A DNA stretch of 64,000 bases from Zygnema circumcarinatum SAG 698-1b (lineage: Eukaryota; Plantae; Zygnematophyceae), in contig CM074805.1 of NCBI GenBank assembly GCA_037447605.1, positions 496,001-560,000 of the forward strand, read 5' to 3'. Shown piece after piece: positions 1 to 12,039 of the stretch. Position numbers and translations under genes: made by a program. The notes below the pieces were generated by a model that saw nothing but the letters and a program-made list of their open reading frames with translations, was not told the origin of the DNA and searched no databases. The first letter of the stretch is position 1. The number at the start of each line of letters is the position of its first letter.

Positions 1-2679
1 TCTTCTGAAAAGGAGTTGGAAAGCGGAGAAGAGTCTGCGAAAAACAAGGTGGAAATGAGCCCTCCAGTGGCCCCCCCACCAGAAGGCTCGGAAGATGAAG
101 ATATCAACACAAAGAATGCGATGGAACGGGACAAATCGTAGGCTTTCATTGAACCCTACCATGCATGCTTTATAGTTATGCACATTCTCAAGGGAGATGA
201 AAACACAGACTTGCCCTACTACTCCACATTTGCACTGTATCTCCAACCAGTGCATGCATTAGTGGTATTTTGCATGTAGTTTTATTAGAGTATGTACAGG
301 GCTGGAATGCTTACAACCCACATGTTGACTGTATACAGACTGGATGAAGCGAGTGGGAGAATTCTCCGGAACATTTCCACAGAGGAGGCGAACGCGGCTC
401 AAAAGGCCTTAGAGACTGCGAAGAGAGGAGCGGTTGCCAATGGGAAGGCGGAGGAGTCCAAGGAGGAGGCTATGGAGGACGAGAAGGCGGAGCCCGCCCC
501 CAGCAAGTCCTCCTCCTCCATGCACTCCAACTTCTCTCACGCTCCCTCCGCTTCTCAGGACGTTAGGCTGAGTCCGAAAGCGGTATGGATTCTTCTTTGT
601 ATTTTTTTTTTTCTTGGGTCTATGGAGTTTTAGTCTGCAGGCTATCTATCAATCATCTTCCCTATCTTGTTTGGGGTGTTTTTGGTAAAATCTGTTTGGT
701 AAAGCTTCTATGTGCTATGGGTTCTGTGTTACGAGACTCGTTCAGAAACCATATGACGTAATGAAATGGATTTATAGCGGAATGATAGATCATCTGTCCA
801 TGACATTTAAAATACTTCCACAAACATCGCTCACTTTCGTTCAGCAGTAAGACGAAAATGAAGAAATCCGAGCTTCTATAAGAGTGTCACAAAAGTCTTT
901 CGGAATTTGTTGAAGTTATAGTTTGAAACATAGCTGTTCCTAATCTTGAATTAAACGGAAATCAAGTTTGTACAAGTTTATTTCTTCGAGCGTCTCTCTC
1001 TTTGCCATCTCGTTCTTTTTTGCACTGAAAACCCACAAGCAAGTAATCAAGTACTTGGTTCTAAAGCTTGTAAAGCTGCTCGGACTCTTTTTTCCTACCT
1101 GCCAAACAGGTGGTGGTAGCAGCCGAGTCTGGGGGAGCCCTGGGGGGATTGGTCCGTCAATTGTCGATTGATCAGTTTGAGAACGAAGGGAGGAGAGTGA
1201 GCACCCCGGATGGAATGAAGCTCAAAGCTCGACTCACGAGGCAGCCTTCTATGCCAGCCATTCATAAAAAGGTCAGATAAGACCTTAATGTCTCACACCA
1301 CCTTTATCTACACTTCTGTGTTCCACTGCCTACTAAATTTGATCTAAATTGATCTATATATACGTATGTTTATCATTTTTTTTGGATACTTGGCTACGTA
1401 GCCTGCCCTCCTTCAACCCCAACTGCTTTTTACATGCAAGGGGAACAAAGGTTCCGTTCTCGATTCAGTTCAGTTCAGTGAGCATGTGAAGGGGCCGTAT
1501 TTCTGTTGATAGGTCATCGCCCATCTGCTAAAGCCCCGCGGTTGGAAGCCTCCCGGAAAGAGAGCCTTTTTCCTAGAACCCAATGAGGTGGCGGACCTGT
1601 GCGATGGAACGGAAAAACATTTCAAAAACGAGTCCAGTGTCCTGCAAATCCGGGCACCTGTAAAAATTTTCGGCGATTTGCACGGGCAGTTTGGGGACCT
1701 CATGCGGCTCTTTGATGAGTATGGGTCGCCCTCCACGGCGGGAGATATAACGTAAGTTTCTTTTTCTCCCGTATTATAATATTGTCACTGAGGGAGATGT
1801 GGGTGTTTGGCAATGAGAATGTCGCTTTGAGCGATGGTAGGGTAGTGGGACGGGGAAAAAGGAGCGTGAGTAGGGGGAAGCGAGATGGAGGAGAATGAGA
1901 GAGACAGAGAGTGCGTGAGAGGGTGTTAGAGAGAGAGAGAGAGAGTGACCAGTTGGAAATGTAGTGGTTTCGACGATGGGCGGGGAGTCTTATTTGATGA
2001 AGTATAATTGTCCGGTGGGAGCATGTACAGATACATCGATTATTTGTTCCTTGGAGACTATGTGGACCGTGGCCAGCACAGCCTTGAAACGATCGTACTA
2101 TTGCTGGCCCTCAAAGTGCGTACCTTTCTTCTTCTACTGTTTTCTTTTTGCTTTCTTGCTTTCAGCCCAGCTTGCTTCCCGGAATATTTTTTATTGAAAA
2201 AAATACTTCCGCGCATCAACAAAACTGTTTTGTTTTGAACGAGGCCTTCTCCCTTCCTTTCATGCAGTTAGAATATCCGAGAAATGTCCACCTCATTCGG
2301 GGAAACCATGAAGCCGCAGACATCAATGCGTTATTCGGCTTCCGAAACGAGTGCACAGAACGAATGGTATTGATCTCCTCTCTCTCTTCATTTCTCCCGC
2401 TCTCCTGCCTCTTTCCTTTCCTTCCCCCTCTCTTACTACTTTCCATCGCCTCTCCCTCCCGGCCTGTTGCTTATTGTTCTTCCTCATTCCAATTCTTTCT
2501 TCTCATCGTTCTCCCTGCTGCCCTTTTGTTTCGCCACTCCTTCCTAAACTGTCAGAGACTTACCTGACATCAATTAAACCTGTCTTTCCCTTCTTCAACA
2601 TCTTATAAAACTGGACCTACGTCCCCCTCATTGATAGCGTTTCCCTCTACGCAGGGAGACATTCCCGGCATTTGGGTGT
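1..2679 (+). CDS. BSL: BSU1-like (BSL/PPKL) Ser/Thr phosphatase, partial: linker and N-terminal half of the PP1-like catalytic domain
   Basis: Phase-consistent GT-AG exons <1-137, 339-582, 1110-1271, 1513-1751, 2031-2115, 2268-2366, 2655->2679. Translation includes [29 protein letters not shown] (BSL-specific), [23 protein letters not shown] and RGNHE (PPP motifs). The 5' part lies before the window and the 3' part is lost in the N gap. Confidence 0.95.
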
Positions 2680-2779
2680 NNNNNNNNNNNNNNNNNNNNN
2701 NNNNNNNNNNNNNNNNNNNNNNNNNNNNNNNNNNNNNNNNNNNNNNNNNNNNNNNNNNNNNNNNNNNNNNNNNNNNNNN
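2680..2779. other. Assembly gap (100 N)
   Basis: Run of exactly 100 N, interrupting a BSL exon. Confidence 1.
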
Positions 2780-4249
2780 GAGGTCTGAAGGAAGGGTATG
2801 GGAACGCTGCAGGAGCTGAATGTCCAAAGACCGCCAACGCCAACCAGAGGCCGCCCGCAGCCCAACAGCGACCGCAGCTCATTGGCATGGATCTAGTTAA
2901 GGCGGAAAGAACCACTACAGTAGTGGGAAGCTGCTCGCCATTGCCATGTTCCCAATGATGCTGACAATGCTCAACTTCTGGGCGCACCCCATGATTGTAA
3001 CGGGCCGAGCAGAATGGTAGGATGACACGTGTTAGTTTAACTATTACCCTTGGGAGCTGCGTGATGAGCACGGCCCTTTGAAGGTCTATATGTCCGCAGT
3101 TCCATTCCGTAGGTTGTCCGTCGTGCTTTAGACGAGGAGCGGAGAGTGAAGGCCATGTAACACACCGAATGTGGAAACCAGCTGCTCGTAGGCGTTGTTG
3201 TAGAGTAGAGTAGGGCGAGGTAGGGAGAGAGGAGAGCAGGGAGGTAGGGAGTGTGGGCAGGGAGGAGGGCAGGCTGCTGTGGGGCCCTGTGGATGTGTAT
3301 AATGTATGCTTTAGCTGGCAGCATGTAGAGAGAGAAGAAGCTTATTGAGGACGGACACGCAGGGGGGCCGGGGCGGGGGTTGGTCTACGTGTGTGTGCAC
3401 ATGTGCAGCTCTTACGTTTGTTGATGAGCGCACCGGTCCGCTCCGGTCGGTTCCGGTTTTCGTTCGGTCACATGCCTGCCGTTGGGCGGATTTGTCTGTT
3501 CTTCTGGCTACGGTGGGCATCTTCCTAATCTTTATGTGCGACTGGAAAGGCAGGAATCGTTTCATGGAGGATATTTTATGACGCAACTTACGAACAGTGA
3601 AGGTTTGGCGATGTACAGTTCCCGTTCCAGTTCCAGTCTCAGTCAGTTTCGATTCAGCTTTTCCTGGGTTTGTGTTGAGACAAAGCCTATGTCGGTCGAT
3701 ACTCTGCTGGACGGAGTTGGGACACCAAAAGGTTCGATTGGACTTTTCTGGAGAATTTTAGCCATTCTTGGTAAAGTAATCCCGGAAACCGATTGTCAGA
3801 ACTGACACTTGGTGTATCGGAAGTCTTTGGGTGGAGAGGATTTCAAGTCATTTTTTTTTTCGGGGGACCTCGCAAGTACAAGACTGAGTATTGCATTGGG
3901 GGGGGGGGTTCAAACTTAGTCTGAGAAATTTGATACGTACTTTGCTTTTTGAAATAAGCACTTTCAATTCTGCAGTTACGTAATTTCGTGAAAGTGTTTA
4001 TTGATGGCTAATTCTGAGAGTGCGAAACTTTTCTAAGGGCTCGTTCTCATGTTCCAATTTTCTTCAACTGGTTGAAGCTCTCGAGTTGCAAATTGAGGCG
4101 GACAGGTCTTTCAACTTCCAAAACGAAGTTTTTCAGCTATCTTCAAGCGTCCGCACTCGCCAGCCGGTTGGCGGCCAGAGGTGGCATCACTGACACATTG
4201 TATCGATGCCGAAATTAAACATGAAACAAGGGACACGTGCATGTAAAAC

Positions 4250-4570
4250 TATGCTTTTGCCAATGGATGGGTAGCAAATAGTTTTGGCCAGCCATTGGCA
4301 ATGGTTGGAAATATTACCAAAAATATGCGAATTTATGGAAAAAAACAATTGGCAATGATTGGCTAGTCCGCCAATCAATGGTTGCAATAATTGGATCGTT
4401 GGCTGGTTTGCAAACCAGTCGTTTCAGCCATTGGCAAAGTTTTGGGTTGTCTGTCAACCAATGGTTTGGAACCACTGGCGATACCGGTTAGCTGATCCAG
4501 AGGCCAAAGGGCACTAATTGGCTGTCCGCCAACCCATGGCGGCACCCTTGGCAAAGGTTTGGCTGGCAAG
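4250..4570. repeat. Degenerate CCAACCATTGG/TGGTT..AACCA repeat cluster, related to the 13597-14355 family
   Basis: Multiple gccattggcaa, ccaatggtt and tggtt..aacca motifs, plus a perfect 16-bp palindrome ctggtttgcaaaccag at 4403-4418. Confidence 0.6.
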
Positions 4571-5089
4571 TGTAGCTAACATTGATATTGGCTATGGCTC
4601 GTTCGCCCCATCTTGTTGCATTGAGTCCCCTGGCCATGGCCATGAGCCATGCCATGCCATGCCAGGCCAGGCTATGCCATGCCCATGGTCCGACCGGCAG
4701 CCAACTTACCGGCCGGACGAAGTTCTGTCGGCCACAGCCGATACGCCGGCGATATGGAGAGCTAATAAGGGTGCGTCGCAAACGACAAAGAAAGTGACGC
4801 GCCGGCGCAGGGCCCGCCGTACGGCAAGTCCAAGTTGGACACTTGTGGGTGGCGACGACTCGCTGAGGCTCCTCATTGGCGGAGGGCCACGGGAATCGGG
4901 GGGGCACGGGGCCCATGTGAGCGCCACGTGGCCCTACTTTTGGGCGCCGCGGCGGCGGCGGTGGCGGCCCAACGGAAATATCTGGCAAATTGTACGGACA
5001 GCGGAAGCCAGCGGAGGGCTCGGCCGCCGGGTCGCCATATTTCGTCGCTGGGCCACTTCCCTGGGAGGGGGACCCGCAAATTAGAGATA

Positions 5090-5572
5090 CAGTCTAATCA
5101 CGTTATAGTGACTGTGTCGGTCCCCACATGTTTGTGTCACTATATCGGTAATGACCCGTTTGTCATTCACATTTATAGTAACAATGTTATTAGATATGTT
5201 TTTGCCGTATATCCGTACGCCTTCGATACCGTACATTGTACTTTTTGGGCAGTCGTCACGTGGGTAGGTGTGTACGAACCCTAGTGAGCATGTGTACAGG
5301 CAAGTTGATATGTACGGTCAAATCGATATCTGACGGTATTAGTCGATAATATGTACGGTCGTAATATATTTGTAACGCATATTCCAATACGTGGGTGGAT
5401 AATATCGACATTTTGAATACATAGTAACAATCAGGGTTTTTCAACGTCATTATATCCGTAATGGCGTCACTACTGGCGCAGGATTTGCAGTGGTGCAATT
5501 CCGTTCCCGGAAAAAAAGTCAGTATATCCATGCTGTTCTTATAAACAGTGTCACTATAACGTGATTAGACTG
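5090..5572. mobile_element. Non-autonomous Tc1/mariner-superfamily MITE (~483 bp)
   Basis: Perfect 23-bp TIRs: cagtctaatcacgttatagtgac (5090-5112) and its reverse complement (5550-5572). TA flanks both ends (5088-5089, 5573-5574). CAGT start; no transposase ORF inside. Confidence 0.9.
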
Positions 5573-6303
5573 TAGTGGGAAACTAAGCAATCTTCGAATG
5601 AATTTTTCAATGTGGAAATTAATTGAGAAAGGGTTCAATATTGAAAGGTAGAGAACGGGGTTGTGTGTTTGAGAGTAGGGGGAAAAGTCTGGAGTTCGGC
5701 ATCCTGAGGGTCATGGATAAGTCTAACCCGATTTCGGCTGTACGAATATGTTGGAGAAAGTTCGAGTTTAAGAACAACCACGGGGGTTTTCACTGCTCTA
5801 CCATCCCTCTGCCCTGAAGGAGCAGAGGGTTTTAAGCCCAATTTGAAGTCTGCCATAATGGAGCAGGCTGTAGGAGGTTCTGCTCGCTCACGTCCGATTT
5901 CACTAGTGCTGCTTTACCTTTCAGTGAAGCCCCAGGTTGCACTCCTCACCAACACAGGAAGGAAACCAGTAAGAAAGATGCTCCCAAAAAGGGGAAACAT
6001 TTTGAGATACAGACCACAACAAAAATGGGAGAATTTTTGGAACACTGAAAGATTAGAAAAACCCTTTATTTAGCAGGTATCAAGATAAGGGTGCAAGTGT
6101 CACTTGCTAAAACGGACTACACCCCTCTTCCAATGTGTCACTAGTTCAGCATTCCTAATCAGAGGACCGCCACCACAGGCGGTGCAGGACCAATCCCCGA
6201 CAAGCTTCTATTTAAAAAATGGAATTATTTTTTAAAATCTCCTAGTTCCCCCAGCAACAATACCTAAACCCCCCCTAAATAAATTGCCTCACGGTGATCG
6301 CAC

Positions 6304-9300
6304 TCATTCTTTGGCTTCCTCCGAAAGCACTTTCTCTGTAACCTCCTTCTCCTGCGAGGGCAGGGACACATCTCCAATGCCAAACATTCCCTTGATGATC
6401 GCCAGCAGAACATCGAAGTGCTCAATGATAGGCAGGAAGGTGATGATCACCGATGCGATAGACCCCCAGACAATAGTGATAATTGCCCACATGGTGAAGT
6501 AGCCCTTGCTGAAGACACCCACAGGGAGGGCCAAAAGTGGCCAGATAACGACAATGAGGGAAGTCCAGGCAACGCCCCACTTGATGATCCACCAGTGCGC
6601 ATGGGTGAGAGCTTCATCCTCATTCTCCTCATCGGGAATGTCAAGTGAGTCATTCTCCACAACAGCAATAGCCTTTGTCGCCTCCCAGTCAAAGTTCTGA
6701 GGAGCAATGAGACTGCAAGATCCAGACAAACCATGGCATAGATTCAAAGGGATAAGAAGATTTGTTTTTCCGAAGTGGTCAGCAGAAGACTACATGAATA
6801 GCTGCATCGGCAGAATTCCAAAAGACCTGTACCTGCAGATAACGTGCACCAGTCCACCGACAACGATAGCAGCCACGTTTCCAGCAAGCGTGGGAGCGTC
6901 CTTTCCAGTGGTATTCAAATCGATACGCCCATACTCGACTGCCGTGGTTGCCAACCAGACAATAATAGCTGCAAAAAAAAATAGAAGCAAACCGCTGTCA
7001 ACACAGTAAAAAGAGAGTGAAACAGCCGGAGACTGCCTGCAGAGGAGGGCAAGCTCACCAGTAATACAACCAACGATTGCGCCGGCAATGGCACCGAATG
7101 CGTTGGCCTTGGTCCACAGCAACAGCAACGCGACGGGCACCACAGCGCTTCCAATGAGGACACCCATGACGAGGTACATCCAGCCGAGAGAAACTCCCGC
7201 CTCATTCAGGACGACGGCGAGGACTCCCATAAGCAGGCCGAAAACGAACACGATGGACTTGGACACAAAGAGGATCTGCTTGCCATCAGCCTTGGGATTA
7301 ATATAGGTGCGGTAGATGTCGTAAGTGCAAAGCGTAGAGACGGCAAGGAGCTCGGAAGAGCCGGAGGAAGTCACAGCCCTGTAAGAAGTAGGAAAACGTA
7401 AGAAGCGGGGCCACGTGAGCAGGTTATCTCGATATGTAGACATCCTGCAGTTGAAAGAGAGAGAGAGAAGCGAGAGCGGGAGAGACACAGAAATAGGTCG
7501 TTCAAACTAGAAGTATAGGAGTCCATTGGACTTACATGAACACCATGATGAGAATGAGAGTTGCTCCTGACTTCCCCATCAAAGCTGTGGCAGTAGCCGG
7601 AGGGACCAATCCTCTGCCAGACTCATCGAAAGTGACAGGAAGGTCGAGCGCAAGAGCGCCGAGGCCAAGGGAGGTTCCAAGAGCGAAAGGAATGCAGAAC
7701 CATACGAGGCCTCCGAGGAGGTAGCCCTTGTGCGTGGCGGAAGGGCGAGCAGCAATGGCTGCCATCCAGTAGCTCTGCATTGAGGAAAGATTCAACAGAA
7801 AAAAGTAAGTGCTTGTTAAGCTTCAGCAAGACAGAATCAATGAAAAACGAAGGGAGTCTCTGAAGAGACCTAAATAACAGAACGGTTTCACATGGGATGT
7901 GGGAGAACGCGGTATTAAGAACATACGTTGTCAACGAAAACAGTGCCGAAATTTCCAATAATGTTGATGATGCCAAAAACGAATCCGTTGATTGACAACA
8001 TTGTGAGGTAGGATCCACCTCTGTTGCCAGAAACAGGTCCGCAGGCCTGGGTGCTGTACTTGTAGGCCAAGCAGATGGCGTCAGGCTGAGTGACTTTCCA
8101 CAGACGATCGTACACCACAGATGGAGATCCGAGCTTGTCACTTGCAGTGTATACAAGGTAGATAAAAAGAACGAGAATGACCTGGACGATCACTGTATGG
8201 AGGTAGGAAGCCAAAAAGGTAGCCTGCAAAACGAGAATCAGTCGGTCAAATATTTGACGAAAATCTTCTTTGAGTAAGAAGAGTTCGGCGGCCGACTACT
8301 GACAATACAAAAAATGACGGAGGAAAGTCGTTCAAGAACTGAAGAATACCTTCAGTCCACCGTTATAGGTATAAATCATGACTCCGCAGGGAATGAGGAA
8401 GGAGGCGGCGTAAATGTTCATTCCAGTGAGCGCTTCGACGACGGCCGAGCCTCCAAGTAGAAGCATAGCCGTCACAATAGTGTTGGTAGCGAATCCAAAC
8501 CCAAGAAAAGTAATATGTGCAGCAGTTCCCCACCTACATGTCACCATACAATAATGATGAGCCCACAAATGGAAAAAATTATGTAACCTGAAACCAAGTT
8601 AGATAGTCACTACTAGAGAGGGTATTCTACATACCTTGCTTTCACCACCTCGCACATGGTATGCGCGTTCGGTGCTTTCCTTTTAATCTCAATGGCCATA
8701 ATTCCAAAGAGCAACACCTGGACAGTTGCACCACTAGCGTACCAGAACGGGCCGCTGACTCCATTCTGCGGACAATAATTGGAAAAAGTCAAACGTTGAG
8801 CGCTTATATGCAATTACATTGCAATATTGCAATTGCAATTGCAAAATTCTACATGATCGTTTCCATAGAAATGTCAAGTTGAGAAATTATCACTTCGCAT
8901 ACAGGCGGATTGGTGAAGTTTAAAAACCTTGAAGGCAACGTTAGAAGACTGGAGGAGAGTGGCCGCCCAAGTCCACTGGGACACGATGACTGATGCGATG
9001 AGACCGGTCTTCACGGACCGCCCAGCAGTGTTGAACCACTCAGAAGACTGCTTGGTGCCCACATATCTTTGCTCCAGAAAGATCTGCGCAGAAGAGGAAA
9101 TCAGCAGCAATTAACGACGATGAGGCAAATCCAGCGATGGCCTTTAGAAAAAAGGGAACGGCGACAGATGGGAAGTTCACTTACCATCCACCATGTGACA
9201 ACAGCAAAGAAGGCACCAAAGCCGAGCACAATGCCATAGCCGAGAGCCTCTGGAAGGACGGGCTTGTTGTTGAAGAAGGAGTCCTCGAACTGACACAAGC

Positions 9301-9564
9301 CGCTTGTCTGGTTGAGGAAAAAGTACTCTGCAGAAACCTATTGGAAGTTAGTCCCTCGATCAGGTGCAATAACATCACGGCTCTCAGAATTTCCTTATTA
9401 AAAAAAAATCCACTTCACCCCTCCGGCCTCCAACGTTGGCAACCAGCAGCTGAACAATCTGCAAAAGCCAATTTAGCCCAAGATCCAACAAAACACTGGA
9501 AGAGAAAACAAAACTTACTGTCCTCGGCAATGTGTGGGAAGGTAGGAGTGCAGGGAATGCCCAT
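6304..9564 (-). CDS. DUR3: Urea-proton symporter DUR3 (sodium:solute symporter family)
   Basis: Ten phase-consistent exons 9564-9519, 9327-9185, 9083-8927, 8765-8635, 8533-8350, 8223-7927, 7774-7536, 7378-7059, 6968-6832, 6712-6304. Translation includes [80 protein letters not shown] and [20 protein letters not shown]. Confidence 0.97.
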
Positions 9565-12039
9565 GTTGACTGCACAGGTCGCGAGAATAGGCCGTCGCCT
9601 CTCCTCCTCTCTCCCACTCCCCTCCCTCTCCGATCCTGCAGCGCCCCTGAAGCAATGGCTGGCCCATCCGCAACGCCTCCTTTTAGGGGGGCACAGGGCG
9701 CGGCAAGCGTGTCAGACAAAACAACAATAAATCGGTATCTTGCACATTGTTTGAAACTGTGCCGTACAGGCTACTCCCTCACAATCGTGGGTCCAAAAAA
9801 TCCTGCAACAATATGCAAGGTACGGATTCTGTTAAACCGGCAGAAAGTGGAGAATTGGACGCGGAAAGCGTCGCTTGACGAGCCTCAGGTTCGGGAGAGG
9901 TTTAAAATTGGCTCGTTTCCGGGGTCGCCATGTCACTGCAAAGGGCCAAGTTGCCGGCCAATGGGATCGCGTCCTTGGGATTATGGACGGCTCAGATTGG
10001 TTCGATTCCTGTCATAAAAGGAAGATCGGACGGCTCCGATTTTCCCACAGCCGAAAGTCGAAATCCGACAAGCGATTCTGTACGGACCGTACAGTTTGGT
10101 TCGGAGTGACTTTTTCTCCGGACGTGCGCCCTCGTGGGGCTGGACAGGCGTGTCGGTGGCGCGGGCGCGCCATTGGCGGCCGATCTGATTCTGAATCGTT
10201 CTCGACGAATCAGAGGGCTCCGTCCCTGTCACGTGAGTTCTAAAGGGGGCGAAACAGACCAATGGGAGGCTCGCGAGTTCGTCGTGCCGGTCAGAATCAC
10301 CTGAAAACGACAAACAGACGCTTTGCTGACAGGCGTACGAAGGATTCGGACGAGCTGGCAGCAGATACGGCCAAGTTTGAAAAGTTTTGGGGCAGATAGA
10401 TACGTGGGGATTCGTCAGAAAAAAACAGGGATGGAAACTTATAAAAGTTGAGTTAGTCCAAAAACAAATTACATTAGAGATCCTATAATCTGCCAGTATC
10501 GGATGGGATATTTCGAAACTACCGTAAATCCGAACAGGTTGAGAAATTGAGAAACGAGTTTACTTAATTTTTCAATTCTCAAACTTGTTGAATAGGGCTG
10601 GACTTTTAACACTCGAGGTCGAAACGTTTTCAATTTAAGAACGCGAAAAGTTTTAAAGAAAAAGCTCAAAGACAACATGTGTGTCGCAAGTGTGGATTCC
10701 ACTTTTTGCCATGTTGGTTCCGTGCGATTTGAGGGATCTGGTTAAGCCGGGCCCCAATTTTTCGTACGACTCTTCCAGCGAGCCGATTAACAATTTCTGT
10801 CCGAACAACCGGGTCCACGCCCATTGTGATCCGCTAAAATCTCATTGCTGATTGGTGGACCCAAACAAAACTCAAATTGAACACGAACGATACGTAATTG
10901 TTCAACGTTCAATTGGTTCTCCATAAAAATTGTCGTGAGAAAAAAAATAGGATTTCATTTCTCATTTCTCAAAATGAATCGTGTTCACAAAAATTTCGTA
11001 ATTTTTGTTTTGAGAAACTGTTTTGGACAGTTTTTATTTTTTGCGAAGCTGAATCTTTAATTTATTTTTTCCTCACCTTGTTTGGTTCTACGGTACCGGC
11101 TGAACGGCTCCTCGAACTGTCGCAAGCGCGTGATTGGCCGACGGGCAGCCCACGTGGCGACTGACTGACACGCGGCCCGTTGGACGGAGGACAGGCGACG
11201 AACGCACCGTCTTCACGGTTTCCCTGTCGCAGTTACCCCTCCGCCCGGCCGTACCGCCCCTTGAAAGCAGCGCCAGCCGGGCGGGCGGGCGGGCGGTCAC
11301 GGCGAGCGATCGCATCGGATACGCGCGTAGAAGATCGTCGTCGTCCGCGATTGGCTCCCGCGTATGATTCGCTCGTGCGCTCAAGATTTCCAGCCGGGCG
11401 GGCGGGCGGGCGGCAGCCGCACGTTCCCCGCTTGAAGTGGCCCGCCCGCCTGCCTTGAACGCTGAGGTACGGTACGGTACGGTACGGTACGAGGGAACGA
11501 GGGGGGCTGTACGGCCTGCGCGGTACGGCACTGGCCGGGACGCGGGGGAACGCCGCAGCGTCCCCTCGAGCGGTGCAGATCGGGGGGAGCGACATGATCG
11601 ATCGGTCGGTCTGTCGGTCGCACCGAAACCACGAGTGTATCCGGAAACGATTTAGGCCAGATTCGTACACAATGTGTACGGGTCAACGGGAAATCACCGC
11701 GTCAGTTTTTCTGCTGTGAACGGGTCTCTATGTTCGCCGGGCGGTACTTTGTCGCTTCCGTTTGTACAGGATGCCACACTGGCCGTACGCCATGGGCACC
11801 TGGAACGTCTGAACGCGCTCGGTATTGTCGTTCTTTGTACGTGAATGACGTCACAGGAGTCGCCCTAGTCCCTCGCAGTCCCTGGCAGCACAGGGTAGTA
11901 CGGACCCGAGGGTAGGTGGGGGTGCGTATACCGCCGTACCGTACGGCCAGCACGTCCTCCAGAGGCAGGGTGTAGCGTAACGGAGCTGCGCTCGACAGAT
12001 CCGCGTCCGTTCAGTTGTACTTGACATATTCGTATTCAG

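Noticed and set aside
2780-3330. Minus-strand ORFs with C-ending codon bias after the first gap
   Set aside because: Possibly a decayed retroelement or gene fragment, but no recognisable motif or splice structure.
3482-4160. Possible plus-strand exons (GGYFMTQLTNSE, KAYVGRYSAGRSWDTKRFDW)
   Set aside because: The join needs a weak GAG acceptor, downstream frames hit stops, and no family is recognised.
4488-5284. Overlapping 150-190 aa ORFs
   Set aside because: They run through GC-rich and (CCATG)n simple-repeat DNA and partly into the MITE, with no motifs.
10426-10438. cagggatggaaac resembling an Ac/Ds hAT TIR
   Set aside because: No matching inverted end or 8-bp target-site duplication was found.
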